The notes: generated by a model from the letters alone, not told the origin. A DNA stretch of 64,000 nt from Myxococcota bacterium (GCA_041611735.1 JBFIML010000014.1:9921-73920); one strand, 5' to 3'; counted from the first letter of the stretch, positions 32,878 to 42,058 are shown. Numbers and translations: made by a program.

Positions 32878-34083
32878 ATGGGGCGGCTCGCCGCCAGTCT
32901 CCTGCTCGCGGCGGGGATCGTCGTGGCGGCGGGGGTCCCCGCCCGGGCGGTGATCATCGCCTCGGGCAACGGCACCGGGAACGCGGTGGCGCCTCCCGAC
33001 GACCCGGGCTGGGCCAACCTGGGGGTGATCGGCGGTCTGAGCGCCGTCTACCTGGGCAACGGCTGGGTCGCGACCGCCCGGCACGTGGGCGCGAACACCA
33101 CCCACTTCCTGGCGGTCCCGTACTCCGCGGTGGCGGGCTCCGAGGTCCAGTTCGAGACGAGCCCGGGCATCCTGGCCGACCTCGTCGTGTTCAAGATCGA
33201 GGGCGAGCCGCCGCTGCCGTCGCTTCCCATCGCCAGCGCCCCGCCGGCCGTCGGCGCCGACGTGATCATGGCCGGGAACGGGCGCAACCGGGGTGCCCCG
33301 CTCACGTGGCAGGGCAAGCAGGGCTGGTGGTGGGGCAGCGGAAAGGCCATGCGCTGGGGAACCAACCGCGTCCAGAATGCCTCCACCAACGTGACGCTCT
33401 CCGGTACCACGACCCGCGCCTTCTCCATGGATTTCACCCAGTCGCCGCCGGCCCAGGTCACGGAGCACGAGGCGCAGTTCGCCAACGGCGACTCCGGGGG
33501 CGCCGTCTTCATCCAGACCGGGGGCGTCTGGGAGCTGGCGGGCATCAACTTCGTGCGAGCCACCTACGGCGGCCAGCCGAACGACTCGGCCCTCTACGGC
33601 AACCTGAGCTACGCGGTCCAGCTCGCCCACTACCGGGACGCCATCCTGGCCGTGGTGACCCAGCCCGCCTGCAGCGACGGCCTGGACGACGATGGCGACG
33701 GCCTCGTGGACTGGCCCGCCGACCTGGGCTGCGACGACGCCCTCGACAGCTCGGAGTGGTCCGACTCCCTGCCCTGCGATGACGGCAGGGACAACGACGA
33801 GGACGGCGCCACGGACTTCCCGGACGACGTGGGCTGCGCCGGCCCCCTCTCCGCCCTCGAGAACCCCCAGTGCCAGGACGGCATCGACAACGACGGCGAT
33901 AGCCTGGTGGACTGGGACGGGGGCGGCGTGGGAAGCCCGGATCCCCAGTGCGTCGATCGACCCTGGCGCAACCTGGAGGCGGGCAGCTACTGCGGTCTCG
34001 GCTTCGAGCTGGCCCTGCTGCTGCCGCCCCTCGTGGCCCTCCGGCGGCGCCGCGGACGCGCTCCCGCCCAGCCCGCCGCTTGA
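32878..34083 (+). CDS. secreted trypsin-like serine protease with Cys/Asp repeats and CGLGFEL C-terminal tail
   Basis: Signal peptide (..VPARA); triad motifs TARHV, ADLVVF, GDSGG; three CxDGxDxDxD repeats. Confidence 0.85.
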   Translation: MGRLAASLLLAAGIVVAAGVPARAVIIASGNGTGNAVAPPDDPGWANLGVIGGLSAVYLGNGWVATARHVGANTTHFLAVPYSAVAGSEVQFETSPGILADLVVFKIEGEPPLPSLPIASAPPAVGADVIMAGNGRNRGAPLTWQGKQGWWWGSGKAMRWGTNRVQNASTNVTLSGTTTRAFSMDFTQSPPAQVTEHEAQFANGDSGGAVFIQTGGVWELAGINFVRATYGGQPNDSALYGNLSYAVQLAHYRDAILAVVTQPACSDGLDDDGDGLVDWPADLGCDDALDSSEWSDSLPCDDGRDNDEDGATDFPDDVGCAGPLSALENPQCQDGIDNDGDSLVDWDGGGVGSPDPQCVDRPWRNLEAGSYCGLGFELALLLPPLVALRRRRGRAPAQPAA

Positions 34084-34148
34084 CCCGCGCCCCCCTCCGG
34101 CGGTAGAAGCGAACTGCTCAGGACTCCAGGGAAGAGGAGGCCAAACCC

Positions 34149-34604
34149 ATGTCCGCCCGAGCCCGGTACCGTGGCGCCCTGGCCGGCGCCCTGGCCCTGG
34201 TGCTGGCCCCCGCGGCCGGCCTCGCCCAGCCCGTGGCCAAGTGGAACCCGGAGCGCATCGCCGGCTACGCGCAGCAGCTCGCCAAGGCGGGCATGGAGCT
34301 GGAGACCGCGGCCCGCAAGGCGCTGCTGCCCGGGCCGCCGCCCACGGTGTCCCAGCAGCGCGCGCGCTACGAATTCCTGGAGGCGTTGCGCTTGTTCGAG
34401 AACAGCGCCCACCACCTGGCCGAGGAGCTCAAGGCGGGCAAGGGGCGCGAGGCCACCGCGCCCACCTTCCGCCGCCTCCAGACCCTGCGCCGGGACGTGG
34501 AGGACAGCTCCCAGCGCATGGAGATCCCGGACTCCCTGCTCGCGGCCATGCTCAAGGCCGGCGAGCTCATGCTGCGCCTGGCTCCCTACTACGCGGACGT
34601 GTGA
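34149..34604 (+). CDS. hypothetical secreted helical protein
   Basis: Strong SD (GAGGAGG), signal peptide ..AAGLA. Confidence 0.75.
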   Translation: MSARARYRGALAGALALVLAPAAGLAQPVAKWNPERIAGYAQQLAKAGMELETAARKALLPGPPPTVSQQRARYEFLEALRLFENSAHHLAEELKAGKGREATAPTFRRLQTLRRDVEDSSQRMEIPDSLLAAMLKAGELMLRLAPYYADV

Positions 34605-34650
34605 ACCGCTGGAGATCCGGCCTGCGGCGCTCCGCGCTAGCGTCACCCCG

Positions 34651-35313
34651 ATGACCGCCTCGGGTGCCGTCCAGGTGGGCGTGATGCTGGCGCTCGCCGT
34701 CGCTCTGGCGACCAAGATCGCCGCGCAGAGGCGCCGGGGAGTCGTTCCCGTGGTGCTCGGCAAGGCTGGCGATGGCTTGGTGGCGCGCCTCGAACCCCTG
34801 GCGGCGGTCGCCCTGTTCCTCTGGTTCGCTGCGGTCGCCCTCCATGGCACGGGCTGGGCCCCCGGGCTGTTCGAGCCGCGGCTGTTCCGGTCGGCCGCGA
34901 TCGAGGTGGCCGGCACCTTCGTGACGCTGGCAGCCTTCGGGCTGCTCCTCACGGCCCTGCGCCAGATGGGTCGCTCCTGGCGCATCGGTATCGATCCCGG
35001 CAGCCACGAGGCGTTGGTCACCGAGGGCGTCTTCGCCCTCTCCCGGAACCCCATCTACTTCGCCATCGACCTGCTCGCGCTCGGCGCCTTCCTCGTCTCG
35101 GGCTCGCTGTTCTTCCTGGTCTCCGGGCTCCTCATCGCAGCGGACATCCACATCCAGATCCTGCGCGAGGAGCGCTTCCTGACCACGACCTTCGGCGACC
35201 GCTACGCGCGCTACCGCGCACGAGTGCGGCGCTACTTCGGCCGCCGCGGGAAGAGCCCGGAGCCGACACCGGGGCAGGGCGACCGCACTGGAGCCGCCCT
35301 GCCCCGACCGTGA
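34651..35313 (+). CDS. isoprenylcysteine carboxyl methyltransferase (ICMT/PEMT) family protein
   Basis: MGRSWRIGID, LVTEGVFALSRNPIY, EERFL..FG..Y..Y...V.R. Confidence 0.88.
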   Translation: MTASGAVQVGVMLALAVALATKIAAQRRRGVVPVVLGKAGDGLVARLEPLAAVALFLWFAAVALHGTGWAPGLFEPRLFRSAAIEVAGTFVTLAAFGLLLTALRQMGRSWRIGIDPGSHEALVTEGVFALSRNPIYFAIDLLALGAFLVSGSLFFLVSGLLIAADIHIQILREERFLTTTFGDRYARYRARVRRYFGRRGKSPEPTPGQGDRTGAALPRP

Positions 35314-35320
35314 AGGCCGG

Positions 35321-35794
35321 CTAGCGCACGAGCTGGAACGAGCGCGTGGGATGGGTGAGCGTGGGTGCAGGCTCGCCCTGGACCGGGTCCGTGACCAGGC
35401 GGTCGCCCTTCCCGCGCAGACCCGGGCGGGAGAAGGGATCACTGGCCGCGTCCGCATCCGGGGCCGCGGCGTCCTCGCAGTAGCCGAAGGCCCAGTCCCG
35501 GCAACTTCCCCCCTCCAGGGGGTCGTCGAGGATCACCTCGCACATCTCGCAGGCGAAGACCGCCACGTCCAGGCAGCTCTCGCACTCCCGCCCGCCGGCG
35601 TAGTTGTCCGTGCAGGCCTCGCCCAGCGTGTCCAGCAGCTTGAAGCAGGGGTGCGGCCCGCTCGAATCCCCGGCGTTGTCCGCGGCGTGCGCGCTCAGCG
35701 GCCCGCCCGTCAGCAGGACGATGCCGAGCGCCACCACCGCCGTCCTCCAGTTGCCCCGGGTCCCCGCCCGAAGCGCAGTCTCGATCTCGCTCAT
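35321..35794 (-). CDS. hypothetical secreted Cys-rich protein
   Basis: SD GAGGAGGAG, signal peptide ..SAHA, 8 Cys including CESC and CEMC. Confidence 0.7.
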   Translation of the reverse strand: MSEIETALRAGTRGNWRTAVVALGIVLLTGGPLSAHAADNAGDSSGPHPCFKLLDTLGEACTDNYAGGRECESCLDVAVFACEMCEVILDDPLEGGSCRDWAFGYCEDAAAPDADAASDPFSRPGLRGKGDRLVTDPVQGEPAPTLTHPTRSFQLVR

Positions 35795-35884
35795 CGACGT
35801 CTCCTCCTCGTGCCGGCCGCGCGGGCCGGCGTGGGGAGGGAGTGCGCGGGAGCGCCGGAATCGGATCAGCCCGCCAATCAAAGG

Positions 35885-35915
35885 GAACGCCCCCGGCGGA
35901 GGGCCGGGGGCGTTC
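35885..35915 (-). terminator. putative terminator hairpin after the CAP gene
   Basis: Perfect 12-bp stem GAACGCCCCCGG / CCGGGGGCGTTC followed by CCTTT on the minus strand. Confidence 0.65.
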
Positions 35916-35957
35916 GGGAACCGGAGACCGGGGCTGGAGCCGGCGCCGTGTGCCTGT

Positions 35958-36806
35958 CTAGGCCCGGCGGCGGCGGGCCCGGAGGGCGGCCAGGGGCGGC
36001 AGGAGCAACGCCAGCTCGAAGCCCAGGCCGCAGTGCGCGTTGCTCTCGGACCACTGCTCCGGGGCGGCGCAGCCGGGGTCGTCGGGGTGGTCGACGAGGC
36101 CGTCCCCGTCGTTGTCGATCCCGTCGCTGCAGTCCGGCGCCTCCGAGGGATCGTCCGCAGAGCTGCAGTTGAAGTCGCCCAGGAAGTCCGTGTAGCCGTC
36201 GCCGTCGTCGTCCAGGCCGTTGTCACAGGCGGGGGGCTCGGGTTCCTCGCAGCTTCCGGGCTCCACCGGCGCCTCGCTCGCGTTCCCGAAGTCCGCCGTC
36301 CACCAGTGGGGCTGCACCGTGACGCCGTAGGGCTGCAGCACGCAGAGCGCGGGCCCCACCGCGTGGCCGACCCCCACGTGACGCGCGTTGGCGTTCAGCA
36401 GGATGGCGCGGTGGGGGGTCGAGCCCATCCATCCCTGGACGATCTGGGCCGGGGTGGTCTGGCCTGCTCCCGCCGCCTCGGAGCCCCCGGCCGGGTAGCC
36501 GGCGTCCCGCATCCGGCTGCGAGCGGTGGAGCCGTCGGAGCCCGTGTGGGACAGGAAGCATCCGTCGCGCATGTCCTCGCTGTGGCGCACGGCGGCGGCC
36601 ATCAGGCGGCCGTCGATCTGGACCGGGGAGAGGCCGTTGCCCGCCCGCTCCAGGTTGATCCGTTCCACCACCTCCGCCTCCTCGGCCGTCGGCGTGGGGC
36701 AGGCGGACTGGGCGCGGGCCGGGAGCGGGGCCAGGGACGCCGCGACCAGGGCCAGCGCGAGCGCCAGGGCCAGCCCGAGGTTCGTGTCTCGCCCGCTTCC
36801 GTCCAT
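35958..36806 (-). CDS. secreted CAP (SCP) domain protein with Cys/Asp repeats and CGLGFEL C-terminal tail
   Basis: INLERAGNGL, AAVRHSEDM, SHTGSDG, WMGSTPHRAILL, VGVG. Confidence 0.88.
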   Translation of the reverse strand: MDGSGRDTNLGLALALALALVAASLAPLPARAQSACPTPTAEEAEVVERINLERAGNGLSPVQIDGRLMAAAVRHSEDMRDGCFLSHTGSDGSTARSRMRDAGYPAGGSEAAGAGQTTPAQIVQGWMGSTPHRAILLNANARHVGVGHAVGPALCVLQPYGVTVQPHWWTADFGNASEAPVEPGSCEEPEPPACDNGLDDDGDGYTDFLGDFNCSSADDPSEAPDCSDGIDNDGDGLVDHPDDPGCAAPEQWSESNAHCGLGFELALLLPPLAALRARRRRA

Positions 36807-37159
36807 GGGGTCGCCTCCCGTTCGCAGCCGTGCCGTCAGCCGCTGGAGCGGCGTGGGTCCTGATCGGCGGCACGGAGGAAGCAACGGGTGATAAAAACCA
36901 CATTCTTGGATCCCCGGGGGATTCTCAGCCAGCCCCGGACCGGGGCGGTGCTCGCAGCCTGGGCCGGCACCGCGGCCGTTCCAGACCGCGGAGGCCGCCG
37001 TTCCCGCAGTCGAACGATCCGCCTAGGTCGTTCGTGTCACGCCCGCCGCGCTCGGTGCCGGAGAGCCTATGCCCTGTGGACGATGCCCGCGCCGGGCTTT
37101 CCGCCCAGGGTTGCGCGCAGGGACGGCATCGGGCCGCCCCGAGAACCGGAGATCCAGAC

Positions 37160-37912
37160 ATGACCCCGACAAACCTGCAGAGGGCCCTGCTCGCGGCGAC
37201 GTTCGCCGCACTCGCGACCGCAGCCGCGGCCCCGGACGCCCGCGCCCAGGAGCTGAGCGAGGCCGAGCTCTTCTTCGAACTCAACGACACGGACGGAGAC
37301 CTGGGCATCCATGCCTCCATCGACGGAGGCCCCTACAAGAGGCTCGAGATCGAGGACAGCCGGGACCGGACCTTGCTGGTCGTCACCGCCCGCGGGCGCC
37401 TGGGGCGCCAGGGCCTGACGCAGCTCTTCCTGGAGAGCGCCGAGCCGAGCTTCGACGAGCTGGCGCCGGAAAGGTTCTTCCGGCGCTTCCCGGAGGGGAT
37501 CTACGAGATCGAGGCGACCACCGGGGACGGCGAGGAGCTGGAGGCGGAGGTGACGCTCAGCCACGTGCTGGCGGCGCCGCCGGACGGCATCACGGTTGCC
37601 GGCGTTCCGGCGGCCGAGGAATGCGACGATCCGAACCTGCCCGTGGTGAGCGAGCCCGTGCTCATCGACTGGGAGCCGGTGGAGACGTCGCATCCCGAGA
37701 TCGGCGAGCCCGGCCTCGTGGAGATCGTCCGCTACCAGTTCTTCGTGGAGCGCGAGGGAGTCAAGTTCTCGGTGGACCTGCCCCCGGACGTGACCGAGTT
37801 CCTGGTCCCCGCGGACGTCCTCGCCCTGGGCGACGAGTTCAAGTTCGAGATCATCGCCCGCACCTCGACCGGCAACAACACGGCCGTGGAGAACTGCTTC
37901 CTGCTCGAGTAG
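37160..37912 (+). CDS. hypothetical secreted acidic beta-rich protein
   Basis: Signal peptide ..DARA; FELNDTDGDLG, FLESAEP; codon usage like neighbours. Confidence 0.8.
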   Translation: MTPTNLQRALLAATFAALATAAAAPDARAQELSEAELFFELNDTDGDLGIHASIDGGPYKRLEIEDSRDRTLLVVTARGRLGRQGLTQLFLESAEPSFDELAPERFFRRFPEGIYEIEATTGDGEELEAEVTLSHVLAAPPDGITVAGVPAAEECDDPNLPVVSEPVLIDWEPVETSHPEIGEPGLVEIVRYQFFVEREGVKFSVDLPPDVTEFLVPADVLALGDEFKFEIIARTSTGNNTAVENCFLLE

Positions 37913-38019
37913 AGGCAACGCGTGCGCGGGCTCCGTTCGCCGCCGTGTGCGAGCGGAGCCCGCCTGCGTCCTCGCGGCCACTCCCGGGCGTCGCGCTCGC
38001 AGCGGCGCCCCAGTGGCGA

Positions 38020-38058
38020 AACGGCCGAGAGTTCCGTTTCGGAGAACCCTCGGCCGTT
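38020..38058. terminator. hairpin between convergent CDS and tRNA-Gly
   Basis: AACGGCCGAG..CTCGGCCGTT inverted repeat 11 nt past the tRNA 3' end. Confidence 0.65.
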
Positions 38059-38069
38059 CGCAGACTCGG

Positions 38070-38145
38070 TGGAGCACGAGACCGGATTCGAACCGGCGAC
38101 CCTCACGTTGGCAACGTGATGCTCTACCAGCTGAGCTACTCGTGC
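38070..38145 (-). tRNA. tRNA-Gly (GCC)
   Basis: GCACGAG/CTCGTGC acceptor, GCTCAGCTGGTAGAGC D arm, TCACG-TTGCCAA-CGTGA, GGTTCGAATCC, TCCA end. Confidence 0.96.
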
Positions 38146-38253
38146 GTCGCTTCCAGCATGTAAGCAAGCCCCTCGTGAGCGTCAAGGGCGCGGCGCGGTG
38201 TGCCGGAGCGCCGCAGGCGAGCAGCTCGTCCGTCCCCACGGGGACCTATTGGC

Positions 38254-38281
38254 TCAAGGAGGTTTTCGCAGCGCCCGATCA
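38254..38281 (+). promoter_or_regulatory. putative sigma28-family promoter of the HK operon
   Basis: TCAA-N16-CCCGATCA; palindrome GTCCCC-AC-GGGGAC at 38232-38245 just upstream. Confidence 0.5.
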
Positions 38282-38334
38282 GTTGCCGTAGGGGCGGAAG
38301 CGTCACCGGGGGGGGGCAGGTGCGTGCCAACGCG

Positions 38335-40155
38335 ATGACAAGCGAGCGCTTCGGCCTCATGGTGATCGGCTCGGCGCTGCTCGTCATCGTGGCGGTCGCG
38401 GGCCTGCTGCTGGGATTGCAGCGCGACGCGCGACGTGAGCAGGCCCGGGCCCAGGGCGTGAGCCTGGTGCGCCTGCTCTCGCGGGTTCCCCTGGAGCAGC
38501 TGCTGGGAGGAGCGGGCGTCCAGGGCCCGTTGCAGCTCATCAAGCACAGCCAGGGAAACCCGGACTTCGCCTATGCCGCGGTGGTCGATCCCGGCGGCCG
38601 CATCCTCGCCGAGGTCACGGCGCCGGGCGCCATCGTTCCCACGCGCCCACCCGCTGCCGAGCCGTCCGCCTGGATCGGCGAGCGCAGCATCGAAGCGAGC
38701 GACGGAGGAGCCGCCCTGCGCGAGTTCCACGCCCCGGTGCTGGCCGGCAGCGCACGGGTCGCGGAGCTGCGCATGGGGTTCCGGGAGCCCGGCTGGCTCG
38801 TCGCGCTCGCCCAGGTGCCCCTGCTGGCCTCCATGGCGCTGCTCATCTTCCTGCTCGCCCCCCTCTCCTACTTCCTGCTACGTCGCGAGGTGAGCCCACT
38901 CGCCACCGCGAACGCGAAGATCCAGCGGCTGCTGGAGGGAGAGCACCTCGAGCCGGTGCGCATCGAGGCGACCGGCGTGCTGGCCGAGTTCGCCGAGCGC
39001 TTCAACTCGCTGGTGAGCCTGGCGGAGTCGCGCGTGCGGGCCCTCGAGAGCCGGGAGATGGATCTCCTGGCTTCTTCGAAGGTCCTCTCCTACCGCACCC
39101 ACCGGCTCGAGGCGGTCCTCGAGGGCCTCCCGGACGGGGCACTCGTGCTCGACGAGACGGGAGCAGTCTCGTTCGCGAACGCCAAGCTCGAGGCGCTGCT
39201 GGGCGTGGCGCCCGAGGCGGCGCGCGGTCGGCCGCCGCGGGAGTGGTGCCCGGACCCGTCCCTGGTCTCCTTCCTGGCCTTCTATGCGGGGGATGGGCCG
39301 CGCCTCGCCCGCAGCGAGCGTCTGGAGCTCGAGCGCAGCGAGAAACGGCTCCAGGTGGGCGCCCACCCCCTGGTCGCCCCGAACGGCGGTCCGGAGCCGG
39401 CCGGAACCCTGGTCCTGGTGCGCGACGTGACCGCGGAGCGTCTCTCGGCTCGCAGCCAGGCCGAATTCGTCTCCCACGTCGCCCACGAGCTCAAGGCCCC
39501 GCTCAACGTCCTGGCCATGTACAGCGAGACGTTGCTGGGAAAGGACGGCGCGTCCGAGGACTTCCGCATCGAGGCGTGCAACGTGATCCAGGACGAAGTG
39601 GAGCGCCTCACCGCGCTGATCAACACCATGCTGAGCATCGCGCGCCTCGAGACGGGGGCGGTCTCCCTGGAGCGGCAGCGAGTGCGCCTGCCGGAGTTCC
39701 TCCAGGACGCTCTCGACGCCGCTTCGCGGGGCGGCCGCCGGGCCGGCTTGCGCTTCGAGCTGTGCGTGCCCCGGGAGATTCCGGCCATCCACGTGGACAA
39801 GGAGCTGCTGCGGGTCGCGGTGAACAACCTGCTGACCAACGCCATCAAGTACAACCAGGACGCCGGCGAGGTCGTACTCTCCGCGGAGGACTCCGGAGAC
39901 CACATCACGATCCGGGTGCGCGACACGGGCATCGGCATCACGCCCGAGGAACGCGGCCGCATCTTCGAGAAGTTCTACCGCTCCGATCGCGAGGAGGCGC
40001 GCCGCCGCGGGGGCCACGGCCTGGGCCTCTCCCTGGCCCGGGAGATCGTGGAGCGCCATGGCGGCCGGATCGAGGTGGAGAGCACACCGGACCAGGGCAG
40101 TGCATTCCTCCTGGTGCTGCCCAAGACCCCGGCCCTCAACCAGGAGGTGGTCTGA
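38335..40155 (+). CDS. membrane sensor histidine kinase (PAS-HisKA-HATPase)
   Basis: Two TM segments, PAS-like region, VAHELKAPL H-box, NLLTNAIKY, DTGIGI, GHGLGL. Confidence 0.94.
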   Translation: MTSERFGLMVIGSALLVIVAVAGLLLGLQRDARREQARAQGVSLVRLLSRVPLEQLLGGAGVQGPLQLIKHSQGNPDFAYAAVVDPGGRILAEVTAPGAIVPTRPPAAEPSAWIGERSIEASDGGAALREFHAPVLAGSARVAELRMGFREPGWLVALAQVPLLASMALLIFLLAPLSYFLLRREVSPLATANAKIQRLLEGEHLEPVRIEATGVLAEFAERFNSLVSLAESRVRALESREMDLLASSKVLSYRTHRLEAVLEGLPDGALVLDETGAVSFANAKLEALLGVAPEAARGRPPREWCPDPSLVSFLAFYAGDGPRLARSERLELERSEKRLQVGAHPLVAPNGGPEPAGTLVLVRDVTAERLSARSQAEFVSHVAHELKAPLNVLAMYSETLLGKDGASEDFRIEACNVIQDEVERLTALINTMLSIARLETGAVSLERQRVRLPEFLQDALDAASRGGRRAGLRFELCVPREIPAIHVDKELLRVAVNNLLTNAIKYNQDAGEVVLSAEDSGDHITIRVRDTGIGITPEERGRIFEKFYRSDREEARRRGGHGLGLSLAREIVERHGGRIEVESTPDQGSAFLLVLPKTPALNQEVV

Positions 40156-40541
40156 TGGCCCACATCCTCGTCGTGGACGACGAAGCGCACGTGACGAGGG
40201 TCACGCGCATGGCGCTGGAGCGCGCCGGCCACCAGGTCGCAGTGGCTTCGGACGGCGCCGAGGCCTTCGCCCTGCTCGAAGCGCAGCCCTTCGACGTGCT
40301 GATCACGGACATCACCATGCCGCGCCTGGGCGGGATCGAGCTGTGCGAGAAGGCCCGTCACGAGCTCGGGCACACCAACTTGCATCTGTTCGTGATGACG
40401 TCGCGAGTGGAGAACGAGTTCCGAGACCGGGCGAAGCGTCTCGAGCCAGTCGAGTTCGTGGAGAAGCCCGTCAGCCTGCGTCGGCTCGTGGCCCGGGTCG
40501 GCGCCCGCCTCGAAACCACATCCTCCAGAGATGCCGAGTGA
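40155..40541 (+). CDS. single-domain response regulator
   Basis: ILVVDDE, LITDITMP, VMTS, EKP. Confidence 0.93.
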   Translation: MAHILVVDDEAHVTRVTRMALERAGHQVAVASDGAEAFALLEAQPFDVLITDITMPRLGGIELCEKARHELGHTNLHLFVMTSRVENEFRDRAKRLEPVEFVEKPVSLRRLVARVGARLETTSSRDAE

Positions 40542-42058
40542 CCCGGGACCCGCTCAAGGAGCTCAAGCTCCACAAGTATCGCCCGCTGCTCCAACCGCGG
40601 GCGTTGCGCGATTGCCCGGCGGCCCTGTGCGACGCCGACGGGCACCCGCTGTGGGCGCCGCGCGAGGAGGACGCTCGCGCGGTGGCGGCCGCCTGCGTGC
40701 GGATCTTCGAGCGCGGCTTCGGCTGGGACAGCGAGGACGAGACCCGCCGCGTGGAGCTGGACGGCACCGAGACGCTCTTCTATCGCCCGGTGCCGGCGGC
40801 CGGCGGCCCGCTCGCCTGGCTCGTGCTGCTGGTCCCGGCGGCCCAGCGCGCCACCGGCGCCACGGACCTCGACGCCGTCGACGACATCCTGCGCGGCGTC
40901 ACCGCCTGCCTGGCGGAAGAGCACCGGCTCAACGGAGAGCTCTACGGCCTCGCCGAGGAGCTCTCCCATCGCTACGAAGAGCTCAACATGCTCTACTCGC
41001 TGCGCGAGGGCGTCCCCGAAGAGGGCGATCGCTCGGTGCAGCGCTTCCTGGACGGCTTCGCCGAGCTGATCGACGTGGACGTGGCCGCCTTCGTCACCGT
41101 CGGGCGCACCCTGCCCATCCACGCCACCAACCTGAGCCGACCAATCCCCAATCTCGACCTGGTGCTGGTGGCCCTGCGCGGCGACCTGTTCCGCTTCGTG
41201 CAGGCGAGCCGCAAGATCCTGGTGCTGAACGCCGAAGACGACCCCCGCCGGGCCTTCGTCTTGACCAACATGCCCTTCAAGATGCTCGCGTGCCCCCTCG
41301 GCGACACCGGGACCGTCGATCACATGCTGGTTCTCCTGCGTCACACGCAACGGCCGGATTTCTCCAACAGCGATCGCAGCCTGGCCCGCGTGGTCACCGA
41401 CCAGGTCGGCCTGATGCTCCGCAACCAGTCCATGATGGGTCGCCTGAAGCGCTTCGGCGAGCAGACGGCCGGAGCCCTGATCGAGGCGCTGGAGGCGAAG
41501 GACCCCTACACGCGCGGGCACTCGGAGCGCGTGCAGATCGTATCCATCGAACTCGGTCGCGCGCTCGGCTTCCAGCCGCCCGAGCTCGAGGACCTGTTCT
41601 GGGGCTCCATCTTCCACGACGTCGGCAAGCTCGGCGTACCGGACGCGATCCTGTGCAAGCCAGGTCGTCTCACCGCGGACGAGTACGACTTCATCAAGAT
41701 CCACCCGGAGCGCAGCTACGAGATTCTGAAGCACGTGGAGTACCTGCGCCAGGACGCTCTGCACGGCGCACGCCACCACCACGAGCGCTTCGACGGACTG
41801 GGCTACCCACACGGGCTGAGCGGCCGAGCGATCCCCCTGCAAGCGCGCATCATCGCGGTGGCCGACACCTACGACGCGGTCACGAGCTCGCGCTCCTACC
41901 GCGCCGGACGCAGCCACGATGAGGCGATGGCCGTGATCCGCGAGGCGGCGGGCACCCAGCTCGATCCCCAGATCGTGGCCCGCCTGGAGGAGCTCTGCAC
42001 CGACGGCCCCCGGTGGCCGGCGCGCGGCAGCCTAGAGACCCTCGTCGGCGATGGCTGA
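40538..42058 (+). CDS. HD-GYP cyclic dinucleotide phosphodiesterase with GAF-like region
   Basis: YTRGHSERV, FHDVGK, HHERFDGLGYP, IAVADTYDA. Confidence 0.92.
   Translation: MTRDPLKELKLHKYRPLLQPRALRDCPAALCDADGHPLWAPREEDARAVAAACVRIFERGFGWDSEDETRRVELDGTETLFYRPVPAAGGPLAWLVLLVPAAQRATGATDLDAVDDILRGVTACLAEEHRLNGELYGLAEELSHRYEELNMLYSLREGVPEEGDRSVQRFLDGFAELIDVDVAAFVTVGRTLPIHATNLSRPIPNLDLVLVALRGDLFRFVQASRKILVLNAEDDPRRAFVLTNMPFKMLACPLGDTGTVDHMLVLLRHTQRPDFSNSDRSLARVVTDQVGLMLRNQSMMGRLKRFGEQTAGALIEALEAKDPYTRGHSERVQIVSIELGRALGFQPPELEDLFWGSIFHDVGKLGVPDAILCKPGRLTADEYDFIKIHPERSYEILKHVEYLRQDALHGARHHHERFDGLGYPHGLSGRAIPLQARIIAVADTYDAVTSSRSYRAGRSHDEAMAVIREAAGTQLDPQIVARLEELCTDGPRWPARGSLETLVGDG

Noticed and set aside
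35321-35794. c-type cytochrome call for the CxxC protein
   Set aside because: Neither CxxC is followed by His.
36868-36883. Second sigma54-like element CGGCACG-GAGG-AAGCA
   Set aside because: Poor -12 match (AAGC) and about 280 nt from the next plus-strand gene.
32719-38070. Integrated genomic island at the tRNA-Gly 3' end
   Set aside because: No integrase and no convincing att duplication; the 10-nt match GGAGCACGAG near 33462 is inside a CDS and expected by chance.
38308-38316. G9 tract upstream of the histidine kinase as a phase-variation switch
   Set aside because: Non-coding, downstream of the promoter candidate, and unremarkable in very GC-rich DNA without read-level variation data.
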